This document shows, piece by piece, positions 22,581 to 37,500 of a stretch of 64,000 nt of DNA (the stretch's first letter is position 1; the number at the start of each line of letters is the position of its first letter). The DNA comes from Azolla caroliniana (lineage: Eukaryota > Plantae > Polypodiophyta): NCBI GenBank assembly GCA_043228905.1, contig JBHGNT010000006.1:13392001-13456000 (forward strand), written 5' to 3'. A program made the position numbers and the translations under genes. Below the pieces are notes generated by a model, which saw only the letters and a program-made list of their open reading frames with translations, was not told the DNA's origin and searched no databases.

Positions 22581-24263
22581 TTACGCTTCGTCCAAAATGT
22601 CCAGAATGCTTTGCTCCAAAATTTCCAATGGCTCGTCGGGAATCTGTTGTTGCTGTTGTGGTTGTTGTTGTTGTTCCGTTTGTGGCTGTGGTTGCTGCTC
22701 CGTTTGTGGTTGTGGCACCGGCGTTTCCGTTGTTGGTTCCTCCGTCGGAGTTGTCTGTGGCTAACTGACCCTGGCTTGTTCCCCCTCCGGTCTTTGCATC
22801 GGCGACGGTTCCTCATCACTAAGGTTGACCGTTGCCGCCTTTCGCGCTTTTTCTTCCCGGAGCCGAGACCGCTCATAGCTTTCGAACTGGATTTGAGCCT
22901 CCAACCGATCATCGTCCAGTTGAGCTACAAGCTGCCGGACCTGCACCAATTGTTCATCCGCTCCTGTGATCCGATCCAAGTCTTGTTCTAGGCACCGGAT
23001 CCTTGATTAGGCCGTCTCCAGTTCATCGGTTGTGACGAGCAACCGTTCCGTTTGCGCTCTTTCCTTCGCCTCTATGCATCCGACTACTCCGGCAATTTGG
23101 TCTCCTATCCACCGGAGCCATTGGCTACCGGTGCACTGTTGTTGCGCTTGCACGGAGAGTTGGCTGATGGGTTCACTCGCCCGTGGCTGGTCCCGCCTTT
23201 CTGCGTCAAGCTGCGCTTCTGGTTCTGCCAGCTAACCACTTTGTCGTTCCGGCTCTGAGTGTGTTTCGGCTCATCGCCCCTTGTCTGCTTGTTCTTGGCC
23301 GGCTGGGGCTGTTGGCCTTTGTATCTCTAGCTCTTGGGTGACGGGGCTTGTCGGTGCTGCCTGTTGAGCCGGGACTTTTGTGACCGGTCCATCCGAACCG
23401 GTTCCGGTGCCTCCCTTGGCGTGGGTTGCTCAGCGTGAGTTGCAGGCGTTCCATCCTTCTGTGGGTCCGAACGCTTCCTGGCTTATTCAGCGGTGCTCTT
23501 CACCGGCCTCCGCTGGAGGTGCTCCATGGGTTCTTCCTCCATTTCTTCCGCCTGAGTCCCGACATTCATTCTTTCCGCCAAGGTGTCCGTTTCCTGCTGC
23601 CCCGGTCGGTGGAGTGGGCTCTTCAAGGGCCGTGCCGGTGTCTCCTCGTGCGTGTTCGTCGGTCGCTTTCGGTTGGCGCGCTCCTTCGTCGTCTTCTCTG
23701 CTTCGGCAGTCTTCCCCTTAGTGGCCTTAGAGGCCAACAATTGTTGCCGTTTCGAAGCAAGTTTCGGGGTGCCGTCCGTTGCTCTTCCCCGCTTCTTGGT
23801 TTGGACGGGCTCGACTGGTGGCCCCAACAGGGTGAGCCATTGTGTCACCGCATGCCATATTTTCCAGCCTTCCTTGCCTTCCTCTTACTATATCAATCGC
23901 CGTACACAGCCCATCGGCGATCAGCACCGGCCAATCCACCTTGACCCCTTCGTGTGTCGCGATGATCAAGCCTGCTCGGTCCTGAGGCATGACCGGGGGT
24001 CGAGGGTACATGTGGCCGAACTCGTGGAGCACACGGGCAATTTCACGGAATAGCATATCTTCGCCGCCCTGTGTCCTATAGCCCTTCCTGGCTAGAGAGT
24101 ACTCACCGAAATATGCCTCCTCCGTGATCACCTCCGTGTCGATTTCTTTTATAATCTTCTCGGCCTCCTTGTGTGGCGCCACCTCCATGATCGTTAAGAA
24201 ACCCTCCAGACCGTGCTACCATAATAATTTCTTGGCGGCTTCAGATAGTGTTTGGCAGTCCAT
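22581..24263 (-). pseudogene. Extra ORF between integrase and 3' LTR (internally deleted copy)
   Basis: ORFs 23727..24188, 23483..23848 and 22761..22979 match 40485..43195; ends ..LEQSILDILDEA*. Confidence 0.85.
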
Positions 24264-24670
24264 CTCTGCGTCGAGGTCGGAGAGCGTTGGCGAGGTTTGA
24301 TGGTGGGGAGAGTGTGAGAGAGAAAGTTCTCAGGGAGGGGGTTCTCTGTGTGCGAGCTCTCTACGATTTATCTTCACGCGTCGCTCTGCGTCTGTTCTCC
24401 TTGGTTCGCGATAGGAGAAGGTCTCAATGCGTGGGGGTTTTTCTCTCTGCATCTTGGCGCCTTTTTCGAGCCTCTGCATGTGCAGGTCGTGTACTATAAT
24501 AGCATTGCGTGCCATGTGGCGGTGGTTTAATGTCCTATTCATAGCTCCTCGTACCTTTTCGACGTGTCTCTTTACTCCTCGTGTGCATGGCCGTTTCCAC
24601 CACTCCTTTCCATGATTTATTTGATTCGCTCCTTTATTCTCTCTTCTTTTTTTTTTTTAAACTTGTGTGG

Positions 24671-27600
24671 TTAGTTTTTCTCCGGTCCTGTCGGACCCTT
24701 GCCCGAAGCGTGCAACTTGCCGGCCTCTTGACGGTTTGCCGTCGTTCTGGTCTCCTCGGTTGCCGGCTCATGCTCCTCCTTACTGGCTTGGTGGTAGCCG
24801 TCATCTTCACCGGTTGCCATTATGGTTGGCCTACCGACGTCTGATTCGGTGGCGGCCTTTCGTTCAAATGGGTTCTTAGGCATAGGTCCTTTGTATGGTT
24901 TTAGTCTAAATCCGTTGACCCATTTGCCCAGCACTTCTTTGGCAAATGTCCCCAACTGGTAGGACCCATTGAACTCGCATGTGATCCAATACGGTTCAGT
25001 CCATCTAAACCGTAGTTTACCTGGCATTTTGCCCATCCGGGTCTGGAACACGAGTACCGGCTTGCCGGTCCCGAACATCTTCTCGTTTCCCTTCCAGTGC
25101 TGATCTACAAATGCTTTCCGTCTCCGTTGTTCCAATTCCAGGTGCATAATGCTCGCCAGTCGGTGTTCTTCCAGTTCGCACAGAGCCTTTAACCGAATTG
25201 CCTCCAATTCCTTTTCGTTCAATCGTTCCCGAATCTGAATCCGTAAGCTTGGTACCTGGAACTCGACCGGCATGACTGCCTCCAATCCGAATGCTAACCG
25301 GAACGGTGTTGTCCGGATGCTTGTTTTGTACGTTGTCTGGTAAGCCCAGAGTGCACTATGCAGCTTTGTGTCCCAATTTGTCTGATTTTCATTGACGATC
25401 TTCCGGAGGATATTCTGGAGCGTTTTGTTCGTCGACTCAGCTAACCCATTTGCTTGCGGATAGTACGGTGTGCTTCGTTTATGTACTACGGCATAGAACA
25501 TCGTCAAACTTTCTACCACCTGCCCAAGAAAGTGCCCTCCTTGGTCGCTTATCAGCTCAATGGGGCATCCGTACTGGCACCAAATGCATTCCTATAAGAA
25601 TTTCGCCATTGACGCCGCGGTGTTGTCTCGTAGGGCTTTCGCTTCCACCCACTTAGTGTAATAATCCATTGTGACGATCACGTACCGGTTGCCGGTTCTC
25701 ATTGCCGGTGGTTTAAATGGCCCGACGAAATCCAGCCCCCATTTATGGAATGGTTCTAGTGGTAGGACTGGCTGGTGTGGCATCCGAGCTTGTTCCGTTG
25801 GCTGACCCATTCGTTGGCATAGATCACACTCCTTTGCATACTGGACTGCATCTTTCAATGTGGTTGGCCACCATAGGCCACTTTGCCATACTTTCCTTGC
25901 CGTTGCATCTCCGGCATAATAGCCTCCGGCGACTCCGCAATGTGCCTCCCGTAGTATTACCTCCTTCTCGTCGTTGCGCACCGCTCGTCGCCAAATATTG
26001 TCCGCACATTTGTGGTATAGCGTGTCCTGTAATAAACAGAAGTGTCGGCTCTGTACCGCCAGACGTTTTCTCTCGTCCCGGTTCATCTCCTCCGGAGGCA
26101 ATCCGGTACTCAGAAATTGGTGCACATTAGTTAGCCACTTATCTTCTTGTGCCACCGTTTCATCTGTTGCCGTTTCCGTGGTGACTCGAAAAAGCTCTAC
26201 ATCCGGAAACTTGTCCGGTACTCCGTCACCTGTCTCTGGAATCTAACCGGCTTAGATAATCTGCGACCGCATGCTGTATGCCGGGTCCGTGGAATATCTC
26301 GAATTCGAACTCTTGCAACAACAAAGTCCACCGGGCCAGCTTACCGGTAAGTGACGCTTTGGATACTAGGTAGAGGAGTGACGAATGATCTACATGGAAG
26401 GAGAACTTTCTTCCCAATAAATACTGCCTGAATTTTGTTACACTGTAGATCATTCCTAAAGCCTCCCTTTCCGTGGTAGAATAATTTCGTTCCGCTTGGG
26501 ATAGCTTCCAGCTGGCATAGTATACTAGTCGGTACCACCTTGGCTCGGTAAGCTGCATGAGCGCGCTGCCGATTGCGATATCGGAAGCGTCCACGAACAC
26601 ATGAAACTCTTTACTCCAATCCGGAGGCTGCACTACCGGTGCTTGTGACAATAACACCTTTAGTGCTCGGTATGCCTTGTCTTCGATGTCGGTCCATTGG
26701 AACGGTGTTCGATGTACAGCCGTATGCAGAGGTGTAGCCAAGTCTGCCAAATATCGGAGCATACGGCTATGCCAACGGATTTGTCCTAGGAAACGGCTCA
26801 ATGCCTTTGCCGTTGTCGGTGCCGGTGCTTCCCGGATTGCTTTCACTTTGTCCGGATCTACGTCAATGCCTTCCTTGCTTACTATATGCCCTAGGAGCGT
26901 TCTGCTGAACACTCCAAATACACACTTCGCCGGATTCAGGCTTAGCCGGTACGCCCTACACTTCTCTAGACATTGACTGAGATGTTGCAAATGATCTTCT
27001 TCTCTACTACAAATGACGAAATCGTCAAGGAACACCTGCATAAATGCCGGTATGTATTCACCAAAGATCTCCATGATGATCCATTGGAATGTTGTTGGTG
27101 CCGTTTTCAACCCGAACATCATCACCACCGCAACAAACACTCCCCATTCGGTGACGAAAGCCGTTTTCTCTTGATCCTCAGGGTGCATCCGGATCTAATT
27201 ATACCCACTGAATCCGTCTAAGAAACTGTAGACTTCATGGCCGGCGACGGCATCCAAAACTCCATCCGTAAACGGAAGTGGAAATGCATCCGTTACCGTT
27301 GACGCATTGAGCTTCCAGTAGTCGACACAAACTCTAATTTTGCCGTTCTTTTTCGGTACGACTACAATCGGGCTCAGCCATGTACATTTCTTTACGGGAC
27401 GGATGAAGCCGACCCTCAGTAATTTGTCGATCTCCTCCTTGACTTTGGCGGCGTAGTTTGGGTTCATCTGGTACCGACGCTGTGCCACCGGCTTGGCGTC
27501 TTTGCTTAGATGTATCTGGTGCTGATACAACGGAGGATCCAGGCCTCTCATATCCTCGTACGACCAGGCAAAGACGTCGCGAAACTCATTGAGGAGTGTA

Positions 27601-30475
27601 ATTATCGCCGTTTTTTTCTCTGCATTCATTTCTTTGGCGATGTGCACCGGTTTTGCCTCCTCCTCCGTTCCTAGATTTACCACTTCTAATTGGGACGCTT
27701 TTACGCGCTGGGATACGGCCATTTCCCTTTCCAACGCCTCCTGCGCATGCCGTAACTCCCGGATTGCTTCTTTATCCGGTTCCGCTTCGGTTTCGTCCGG
27801 TTGCAGTAAATAGGGTGATACCGCTTCCGCGACGTCAATTTCGAATAGGGGTACAATCTTCGGGTTCTCCAACAAGTACTGCTCTTCTTCTTCGTCGGCT
27901 AATCCCCAGCATATTGACACACTCCGCATATAACGGTGTCAGATCCTTGCTGGTGCCCTTCCTTTGTTGTGTTGGTACCCGTACCTTCGCTTTTCCCCGC
28001 CGGAACGTAATCATATTCCTCCTCCAGTTCTGCTTGATATGTGCCGTTTTTAACCAAGGGCGTCCCAACAATAATGGGTACGCTCCTTGAGCCTGCAACT
28101 GGAGAACTACGGCTGAGATTCGGAATGTGTGGCCCCCGATGGTTACTTCCAAATTCCGTATTAATCTTGTCGGTCGCACCGAGCTTGTGTTAGCCATTCG
28201 GAGCCAGAACGGACATGGCTCCCACTCTCTGATTCCAAGAGCATCGCATGTCCGGAGGCTGATTACATTAATGCTGGAGCCTTCGTCTATTATCGTGCCG
28301 GGGAGTTCTTTCCCTTTCACAATGGCCGTAATTGCCGGACTGTTGGTGTCCACCACGGCCGGTCCTTCTTCCGGATTTGAGAAGAATGGCGGAGCCGGTG
28401 GTGTTCCTCCTGTCGTCATGCCGGACTTGAGTCCTTCTGTGAATCTTGGTACTAGCTACAAGAGTCGTCCTAACGGCAGCGTGATCTGGCATTCCTGCAA
28501 TACCTACCATGTCACGTTTTCGAACTGACTGCTGCCGGCGAGCTCTTCGGTGTTCTCCTTCTGTTGCGCGAGTTCTGCTACGTTTCGCTCATTTGCCTTT
28601 CTCACCCATTCCGTTGCCTGTTTCCAGATGGCCTCTTGTGTCTCCCATTCCGTAGTCTTCCCCTTCGACCTTGTGGTGACCTGCTGGAGGTCTGCGACTT
28701 CGGCGACTACCATGTTTACTGCCGGTCGCTTATCATAGCTTTTTGCCGGACATTGATTACTATAATGTCCTTCTTGCCGGCAGTAATAACAATATGCTTT
28801 CTGGGTGTTGTTGGATTCGGCATTGTTTCCTGTACCCGGTGGAGGACTTGTGGTAACCGCGGGGCTCTGGTCTGGTTGGCTGCTTAAGGCGCCTTTTTCC
28901 GGTTCACGTGGGTGGCTCCCGTTTTTGAAATGCCGTTTTTTATTAAAGTTTTTTTTGTTGCGGTACCCTTGTCGGGGTTGATCGTCATACCTCTCGTAAT
29001 CTTCCCGTCGTTGGTGATACCCGGGGGAGTGATCCCGGTTGTGATGCTCATACCATCCATTGTAATCTTGGTACTTGTCGTCTCTCTTGTACCGGTCGTA
29101 GTTGTCTCGCCAATTGTCGTACCGGACATCTTGTGCCGGTCGATATCGCTCCTCTCGTTGCCAGCGTTCGTCTTCTTCATCTCGGCTGCTACGTGGCTCG
29201 ATTTTCCAGACTGGTGGAGCTTGCCGATTCAATAAGTTATATTCGCACCGGTCCATCGTGTGGCTCGTAGATTGGTAGAGTAAGTAGTGCGTCCGCATGG
29301 TGCACTCCAGTGACGAGTGTCCGGAATTCAAGGAGGTCGTGCATTGGATTGCTTTCCGGAAACGGAGATCCTCATCGGTTGGTAATGCTCGTTGGAGGGC
29401 TCCCATTGTTAGCCAAGAGCTCGTTTTTTCCATTTCTCTAACCCGGTCGACAGTGCTTGTGTGAAAGTCAATGACCGTACATACCGTTCGTAGAGGTTCC
29501 GGAGCGCTGCTAAAAATATAGCCCGCGTTTCTTCCTCCGGAGGTGCGCGGGTAAGCTGGCTGTGCATCCGTTGAAACCGGATTACAAACTGCGGGATGCT
29601 CTCCCCGGGATCCTGCCGAATTGTATAAAATAAGCCCACCATTTCTCGCTGATGCAGCTCCTTCTGGAAGAAGTGCAAGAATTTGTCTTTTAGGTTCGCA
29701 AAGTTGGTGATGGTATTGCGATCATGCGTCCGGTCCTTCTAATGTTACGCTGAATTCGGCTATCTTGGATCGTTCCTCTTCTGCCGCGGTTAGCCATTGT
29801 GACACATGGTTCACTTCCCATGTTTGTTCAAACGCGTGAACATGAGCCTCCGCGTCCGGGTCATCCCGATACTTGGAGTACTGGAACGGCATATTGTCGT
29901 CCGGTGTCGGTACGCGGCCTCGCGATGTCGGTGGTCTTTCCTGCTGTTCCGCCGGCGTTTGAGGTCTTTGCCGGTCTTCCTTTGGTGTTACCGGCTGGAC
30001 TTCCGATGTTGGAAGTTTTTGCCGGTGCACTTCCGTCTCTGAAGGTTGCTCCACGACGAGTGCCGGAGGTTCTCGGTCTGCCAACTCTGGTTCCGGTGTC
30101 GGTAAGGTATCCGACTGCTCGTCCTCCGGTCCTCCTGGGTTGTCGTTACTACTGCGATAGTTCGTATGCACGCTATAACCCCCTTCCGAATTCGATTCCA
30201 GTGCTGAAAATGCTTCGGATTCGCCGTCTCTTCCGGCCAAGGCCTGGAGAAGGGTTTCCGCTTCCCGGAGGCTGCTTAAGCTGCTTCCTTCGTCCGGGTA
30301 GGCGTTTTGTTGCAGACGGAGCGGAGCGACTTCTCCGCCACTTTCCGGATCACTTTGGAAAATGATCGATCTGTTCGGATTTCTTCCGCTGCTTGCTGAA
30401 AAGCCTCTCGCCGCCGTCTCCATTCAGCAAGTCTTTGTGCTCTCTCCGTAACCGGGTCGTCTGTTGGCCTAGTCA
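24671..30475 (-). pseudogene. gag-pol of the Phygy-like element, multiple stops and frameshifts
   Basis: ORF pieces 29722..30423, 28504..29433, 27835..28419, 27195..27929, 26226..27188, 25592..26155, 24671..25519. Confidence 0.92.
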
Positions 30476-31141
30476 TCAATTCCTGCCACTGTTCACTGCG
30501 ATAATGCAGGAATCGTGGTCGCCAAAAACTGTGTTATTGCTAGGGCCGGACAACAGCCTAACACAGGGTGTCCACTTAACACACGTCACCAAAGGGTCGT
30601 ACGGCAGAATGACTTACGACACAACGCTTAATTAGAGCTTAATTGATTACTTAGCCATCCGTAATTAACATGCGTAAGATATAACAATAAATACAGAACG
30701 GTAATCAACACTTGAAGATTAAGACAATAAGCTTTATTAATTATCTGCTCCTCATTACATTGTAACCGGGCCTTTATATAGGTCTCCAGCGCAAAATACA
30801 AAACGGTGCCCACCGGCACCTTTACGGAATCGTTCCGGATCCGGATCGGCATACCGATTCCGGTCCGTCCGTCCACATCTTCTTATATAATAATATGTAT
30901 ATATTAAGACTATTAATTACAATAGTTCCCGAATAACTATTCCTTTCACACTCTGGTTTGGACCTCCTTAAGCCTTCTTTGCCGGCCGGTAACATGAAGA
31001 GCCAAAGTCCTTAGGAGAAGCAATCAGTCATGCGGTGAGATGTGACAACCGCCTCTTTGAGCGACGTTCGGAACGACAGCGACAAATGCCGAGGGCAAGA
31101 TTGGAGCACACCTACGCCTCAATGGTAGCAAAACCTTTACT

Positions 31142-31562
31142 GAGGGAGTACTATAATGCGCCTCCAGTAAATACTCGGACTCCAATTGAGATTGACACTA
31201 CACGTCGTCAAGGGCCATTATCCAAAGAAAAAAACAGCGACGCCAAACAAATCGACTATGTCTCTATTGCAGTGGACCAGGAGGGAGTACTATAATTTTC
31301 CTCTAGTAAATACTCTGACTCCGATTGAGATTGACACTACACGTCGTCGAGGGCCATTATTCGAAGAAGAAAAGCAGTGACGCCGAACGAATCGACTATG
31401 TCTCTACTGCAGTGGACCAGGAGGGAGTACTATAATGCGCCTCCAGTAAATACTCCGACTCCGATTGAGATTGACACTACACGTCATCGAGGGCCATTAT
31501 CCGAAGCAGAACAGCAGCGACGCCGAACGAATCGACTATGTCTTTACTGTAGTGGACTAGGA
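31142..31562 (+). repeat. Tandem triplication (~140-bp unit) in Tcn1-like gag
   Basis: GAGGGAGTACTATAAT...GATTGACACTACACGTC...AGTGGACCAG occurs three times. Confidence 0.88.
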
Positions 31563-34545
31563 CCCATTGCAATAAATTGTCCCCATAGGCCAAGAAGATA
31601 GGTAAACCAAATAGTTGGTAGTTCTAATTGTACTAAACCCGAGCCTATTGCGGTAGGGATATCTGATAGTACTAATAGTACTAATAGCCTAGATCTAGCG
31701 AACAAAATTGATGTCCTTAGTCAGTTAGAAGAAGAGTTAGACGACTAAGTCCAGCCAAAATAGGAGCCGTTTGGTTGGACAACCCTAGATCTGTGCAACC
31801 CATTAGTGGTTCCATTCCCTCTAAGCAAGTTAGTAATGTGTTCGTAGCCCAAGTAATAGTTAGTACTAAAAGTACCCCTCCAGTACACGTCTTAGCACTT
31901 CTAGACTCCGGAGCAAATTCTTGCTTTATGGATAGGAATTTTGCCCAAGCTCATCAGATATCTCTTAGAAAACTCTCGTGCCCAGCCTCTATAGTCGCCA
32001 TTGATGGTTGTCCCATTGCTTCCGGAAATATCATAGAAGAGTCAGAACCCGTTAATATTGTCCTAGATAACTTAGCATGTGTAGTATCATTTAACATTAT
32101 TAGTATCCCAGAACATCCCATCGTTTTGGGATTACCATGGTTCGAGTTACATAACCCAAACATAGATTGGAGAACAAGAGAAATCCGGTGTCAACAAACC
32201 TGAGGATCTACTGAGAAGATTGCCACCATTTCACTACATCAGTTGCGGGAAGAAGGACGCAAGGAAGAAATGTTTCTCTTCGCAATATCACTAAAACCCT
32301 CCGACACCATTAAAGAGGAGTCCATTGTTCAGCTTCCAAAGAAGTATCATCATTATGCCGATGTATTCGATAAAGTACGAGCCAATACGCTTCCTCACCA
32401 TCGACCATATGATTGCCCAATCAATTTATAACCGGTGAAAGAGCCACCATGGGGACCGATTTACAATTTGTCACCAACCGAGCTAGAAGTCCTTTTAGCC
32501 TATATAGAGGAGAATTTGGAGAATGGATTCATTCAAAACCTCCAGTCGGCGCACCCATTTTCTTTGTCAAGAAAAAGGATGGCTCACTTTGTCTCGTGGT
32601 AGATTACCGTGGCTTGAATAAAGTTACAATCCGCAATAGGCATGCACTTCCCCTTATCTCAAGTCTTTTAGAATGGATCAATGGTGCCAAGTTCTTCACA
32701 AAGATCGACTTACGGGGGGCCATCGTATGAAATGAAAAGAGGAATAAGAGATTAGTATGAAGGAAGGGAGATAGAAGGGAAAATTGGTTCAAATTGTCAG
32801 GAATAGTACTAAATAGAGAGAGAATTTGTACTAGAGAAGGGAAGTACTATTAGTACTAAGAGGATGGGACTGCATAAGACTCCCGAGAGAGGAAGAGAGA
32901 GGAGGAGAGAGAGAGAGAGATAACGAGGACGAGAGAGACCCCACTGAGGGTGACATCCCGTATGAGCATAAAATAGCGTAAATTTAGTTGATGCGTGGAT
33001 AGAGTTATTATTGGCAAATTCAGCGAAGTGGAGAATATCTGCTCAGTTATCCTGATGATAGCTAAGAAAGCACCGTAGATACTACTCCAGCATTTCATTT
33101 GTTTCTTCAGCTTGGCCGTCGGTTTGTGGGTGGTAGCCGGAGGAGAGGTTACAAGTGAGCTTGAGCATTTTAAAAAGGTGCTTCTAGAATTTTGACACGA
33201 ACTAGGGTCCACGGTTGCTAACGATACTATCGGGAAGTCCATGATGCCGACATACTTCATACATGACAATTTCGGCGGTGTCTTCACTGGAGATTTCCTT
33301 AGTACATGGCAAGAAATGAGACATCTTCGTATATCGATCTACCACTGTTAGAATCACATTGAACCCCTTAGAAACTGGAAGATTTGTGATGATGTCGAGA
33401 GCAATGGATTGCCACGGCTTGCTTGGAATTGGTAATGGTTCTAATAAACCATATGGATGATGCCTTGGCATTTTCATTTTGCAGCATGTATCACAAGTCC
33501 GAACAAAATCTTCGACAAAATGTCGCATACGGGGCGAAAGCAATTGTCTTCAGGTCCGCATGTATGATATTGATAATGTGGGAATCAATGGGCATACCAA
33601 AAATTTGTGTTGCTTGCAGTCGTGCCGGTCCCAAGATTTCTTGCTTTTGGTTATCGAAAGCTGGCTCACCGGGACGTGGTGTTAGATACGAATGCCATGA
33701 TAATGCATCTGCCTTCCCTTGGTGCTTCCCCGAATGATATGTAATTTTGAAGTCGAAACGTGTGAGGAAGTGGGCCCACCGAGCTTGACGTCGATTTAAC
33801 ACACGAGCATCCTGAAAGTAGGCAAGGTTTTTATGGTCATTGAATACGGTGACTTGATGAGAGGATCCCTCTACAAAATGGCTCAATTGCATAAATGAGT
33901 CCACTATTGCCAATAGCTCCTTATCATGAATTTCGTAGTTGATTTCGGCGGAGTCAAACTTGCGTGAGTGAAAAGCCACAAGATGTAGCTTCTCATCATT
34001 ACCCCGTTGTGACAGAATGCTCCCCAATGCGAAATCCGATGCGTAAGCTTCGATAATGAATGTTACCGGCCGGCAAAGGAGTCCAGAGTGGGAAACAGAG
34101 AGCAAATTAAGTAGTAGGAATGTGGTTGTAATTAAGCTATGAGTGTGGACGGACGGACCGGAATCGGTATGCCGTTCCGGATCCGGACCGATCCCGAACA
34201 GGTGCGGATGGCACCGTTTTGTAATACAGACCGGAAACCTATTTAAAGGCCCGGATACAATGTAATAATTAGCGGTTAATTAATGAAAGCTTAAGCGTTG
34301 TTATATCTCTGTGTTAATTGCCGTTCTATCTTAATTGTTATATCTTACGCGTGTTATGAAGACGATCCTAATAAGTAACTTGATTAAGTCGGATTAAGCG
34401 TTGAAGTCTAATCCGGTTGCCGTAACACCCTTTGGTGAAGTGTCTCCCGTAGACACCCTGTGTTAGGCCATTGTCCGGCCCGAAGAGTTAACATAGTTTT
34501 TGGCGACCACGATTCCTGTTTTTGCAGCGAACGACGGCACAGATG

Positions 34546-37500
34546 GATGTCTAGATCAACGCACGACCTGGTTACAGATCGAACTCGACGCCTTGCCGAA
34601 AGGCAAAGGAGACGCGAGGCTTTCCAGCAAGCGGCGCAGGAAATTAGAGCGGATCGCTCGTTTTTCAACGTAATCCGGAGAGTAGCGGAGGACTCCCACT
34701 GGTTACAGCAAACATCGCACCCAGACGACGGCAGCAGCCTAAGCAACCTCCGGGAAACCGAATCCCTTCTCCACGCGTTGGCAAATGGAGAAGGCGAAGC
34801 AGAGGCCTTTTCAGCATATGAATCGGACTCCGAAGGGGAATACAGCGTGCACACGAACTACCGTAGCAGCAACGAAACCCGGAGCGGACCGGAGGACGAA
34901 GGATCGGATACCTTACCGACACCGGAACCGGAACCGGAAGTGCTAACGCTGGAACCCCCGGAACCAGTAGAAGAAGAACGACCTCCGACACTGGAAGTTG
35001 AAGAGGAGAAACCTCCGTCACCAAAGGAAGAGAAACAACCGACACCGGAATCAAATTGGGAAAGACCACCGACACCGGAGAAAATTCCGGAACGAGCACC
35101 AACACTACCAGCTCGCGCACCGATACCGGACGACGACATGCCGTTCCAGTACTCCAAGTATAGAGATGATCCGGACGCGGAAGCTCATGTGCACGCCTTT
35201 GAACAGACATGGGAAGCCAACCATGTGTCCCAGCGATTGACACCGGAGGAAGAAGAATGCTCTAAGATAGCAGAATTTGGCGTCACATTGGAGGGACCGG
35301 CAGCAAGATGGCGCCGAACGCAGGACCCGTCTACCATCAACACCTTTGCAGATTTAAAAGCTAAATTCATGCACTTTTTTCAAAAGGAGGTGGACCAGAC
35401 CATAATGGTAGGTTTATTTTATACCATCCGGCAAGAGGCAGGGGAGAGCATTCCCTAATTTGTCATCCGGTTTCAACAGATGCATAGTTAGCTTACCCGT
35501 GCACCCCCGGAGGAGGAATTACGGACGATATTCCTAAACGCGCTCCGGGAACCCCTACGCACGGTTTGCACGGTAATTGATTTCCGCACAAGTACCATCG
35601 ACCAGGTCATTGACCGAGTGAAAGAGATGGAAAAGACAAGCTCCTGGCTCACACTGGGCGCACTTCAACGGGCGTTACCAACCGATGAAGACCTCCGGTT
35701 TCGGCAAGCAATACAGTGCACAACCTGCTTGAATTCCGGACACTCGGCTCTAGAATGCACTATGAGGATGCAATGTGTAATCTGTCAGTCCAAGAGCCAT
35801 ACGACGGATAGGTGCGAGTATAATCTGTTGACTCGGCAAGCACTGCCCGTCCGACAAATTGAGCCACGCAGCAGCCGGGATGAAGAAGACGAACGCTGGC
35901 GGCGAATGGACCGTGACCGACCGGCACAGGATGTCCGGTACGGCGAGCGACGGGAAAATGATGTCTGGTACGGTGATCGGTGAGAGAACTATGACCGGCA
36001 TGATCGGTACCAGGATTACAATAGACGATACGAACAGTACAACCGGGAGCACTCCCCTGGGTAAGCAACGGGAGGAATACGGCAGATATAACGGGCAACC
36101 CCGTCAAGAGTACCGTAATAAGAAAAGCTATAACAAAAAACGGCATTTTAAAAAAGGCGGCTACCCCCGGGATCCGGAACAAGGAGCTCCAAGTAGCCAA
36201 CCGGTACAAAACCCCGCGCGTACCGTACAACAGACAATGTCGAATCTAGCAATGCCCGGAAAGCCTACTGCTACTACTGCAGACAGGAAGGCCATTATTG
36301 TAACCAATGCCCGGTGAAGAGCTATGAAAAACGACCAGCGGTAAATATGGTAGTCCCTGAGGTGGCAGACCTACAGCAGGTGACCACAAGGTCGAAGGGC
36401 ATGGCCAAAGAATGGGAGACACAGGAGACCATCTGGAAACAAGCAACGGAATGGGTAAAGAAAGAAAACGAACAGAATGTCACAGACTTACAACAGCAAA
36501 AGGAGAACACCGCAGGGCTTGCCGGCGGTAGTCACTCCGAGAACGAGACATGGCAAGCGTTGCAAGAATGCCAGATTACGTTACCACTAGGAAGACTCCT
36601 ACAACTCGTGCCAAGATTCACGGAAGGACTGAAGACGGCCAGGACGGCAAGAGAACCATCACTGGCACCGGTACTCTTCTCGAATCCGGAGGAGGGACCA
36701 ACAGTGGTAGACACCAGCAGTCCGGTAATCACTGCCATTGTAAAAGGGAAAGAACTCCCCGGCACAGTTATAAACGGAGGCTCTGGGGTAAATGTAATAA
36801 GCCTCCAGACGTGTGAGGACCTAGGAATCCACGAGTGGGAGCCGTGTCCGTTCTGGTTGCAGATGGCCGATACAAGCTCAGTGCGGCCGACAGGATTAAT
36901 ACGGAAATTAGAAGTCACCGTCGGCGGGCATACATTTCACATCTCGGCCGTAGTGCTACAATTACAGGCACAAGGCGCCTACCCGCTATTGCTGGGGCGG
37001 CCATGGTTGAAAACGGCACATATCAAACAGAATTGGCGAAAAAATATAATTACCTTCCGGCGAGGAAAAGCTAAGGTACGGGTACCAACACAGGCAAGGA
37101 CGAGCACTGGCAAGGAATGTACACCGTTGTATGCGGAATGCGTCAACATGTTAGAAGGGTTAGCGGACGAAGAAGAAGCTCAATACCTGCAGGAAAACCG
37201 GAAGATCATACCCCTCTTCGAAATTGACATTGCCGAAGCCGTAGCACCGTATTTATCGCAACCGAAAGAGGCGGAAGCAGAACCGGATAAAGACGCAATC
37301 CGGGAGTTACGGCAAGCGCAGGAAGCGTTGGAACGGGAAATGGCCGTTTCATAGCGCGTAAAAGCATCACAACTAGAAGAGGTGAATTTAGGCACTACGA
37401 ACGAAGCAAAACTGGTGCACATCGCCAAGGAGATGAAGTCCGAAGACAAAACGGCGATGATAACACTTCTCACGGAATTCCGGGATGTGTTCGCCTGGTC

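Larger units (their letters stand above)
22064..30994 (-). mobile_element. Full-length degraded Phygy-like Ty3/gypsy element; 463-bp LTRs; TSD TGAAG
   Basis: LTRs 22064..22526 and 30532..30994; PBS TGGCGACCACGATT 30511..30524; gag with zinc knuckles, protease, RT (VFLDDF), RNase H (VDASDIAIG), integrase. Confidence 0.96.
20897..32717 (+). mobile_element. Tcn1-like chromovirus: 5'-clipped LTR 20897..21310, self-complementary PBS, gag, protease, RT start; split by the element at 22064
   Basis: MHPSRYPIDASRVGL gag; LLTFPE|EPKSL split across TSD TGAAG; ALLDSGANSCF; [12 protein letters not shown]; FTKIDLRG. Confidence 0.9.

Noticed and set aside
22528-22764. Cys-rich ORF resembling a metallothionein (also 44026..44226)
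   Set aside because: It is the antisense reading of the CAA/CAG Gln-rich tail of the extra ORF.
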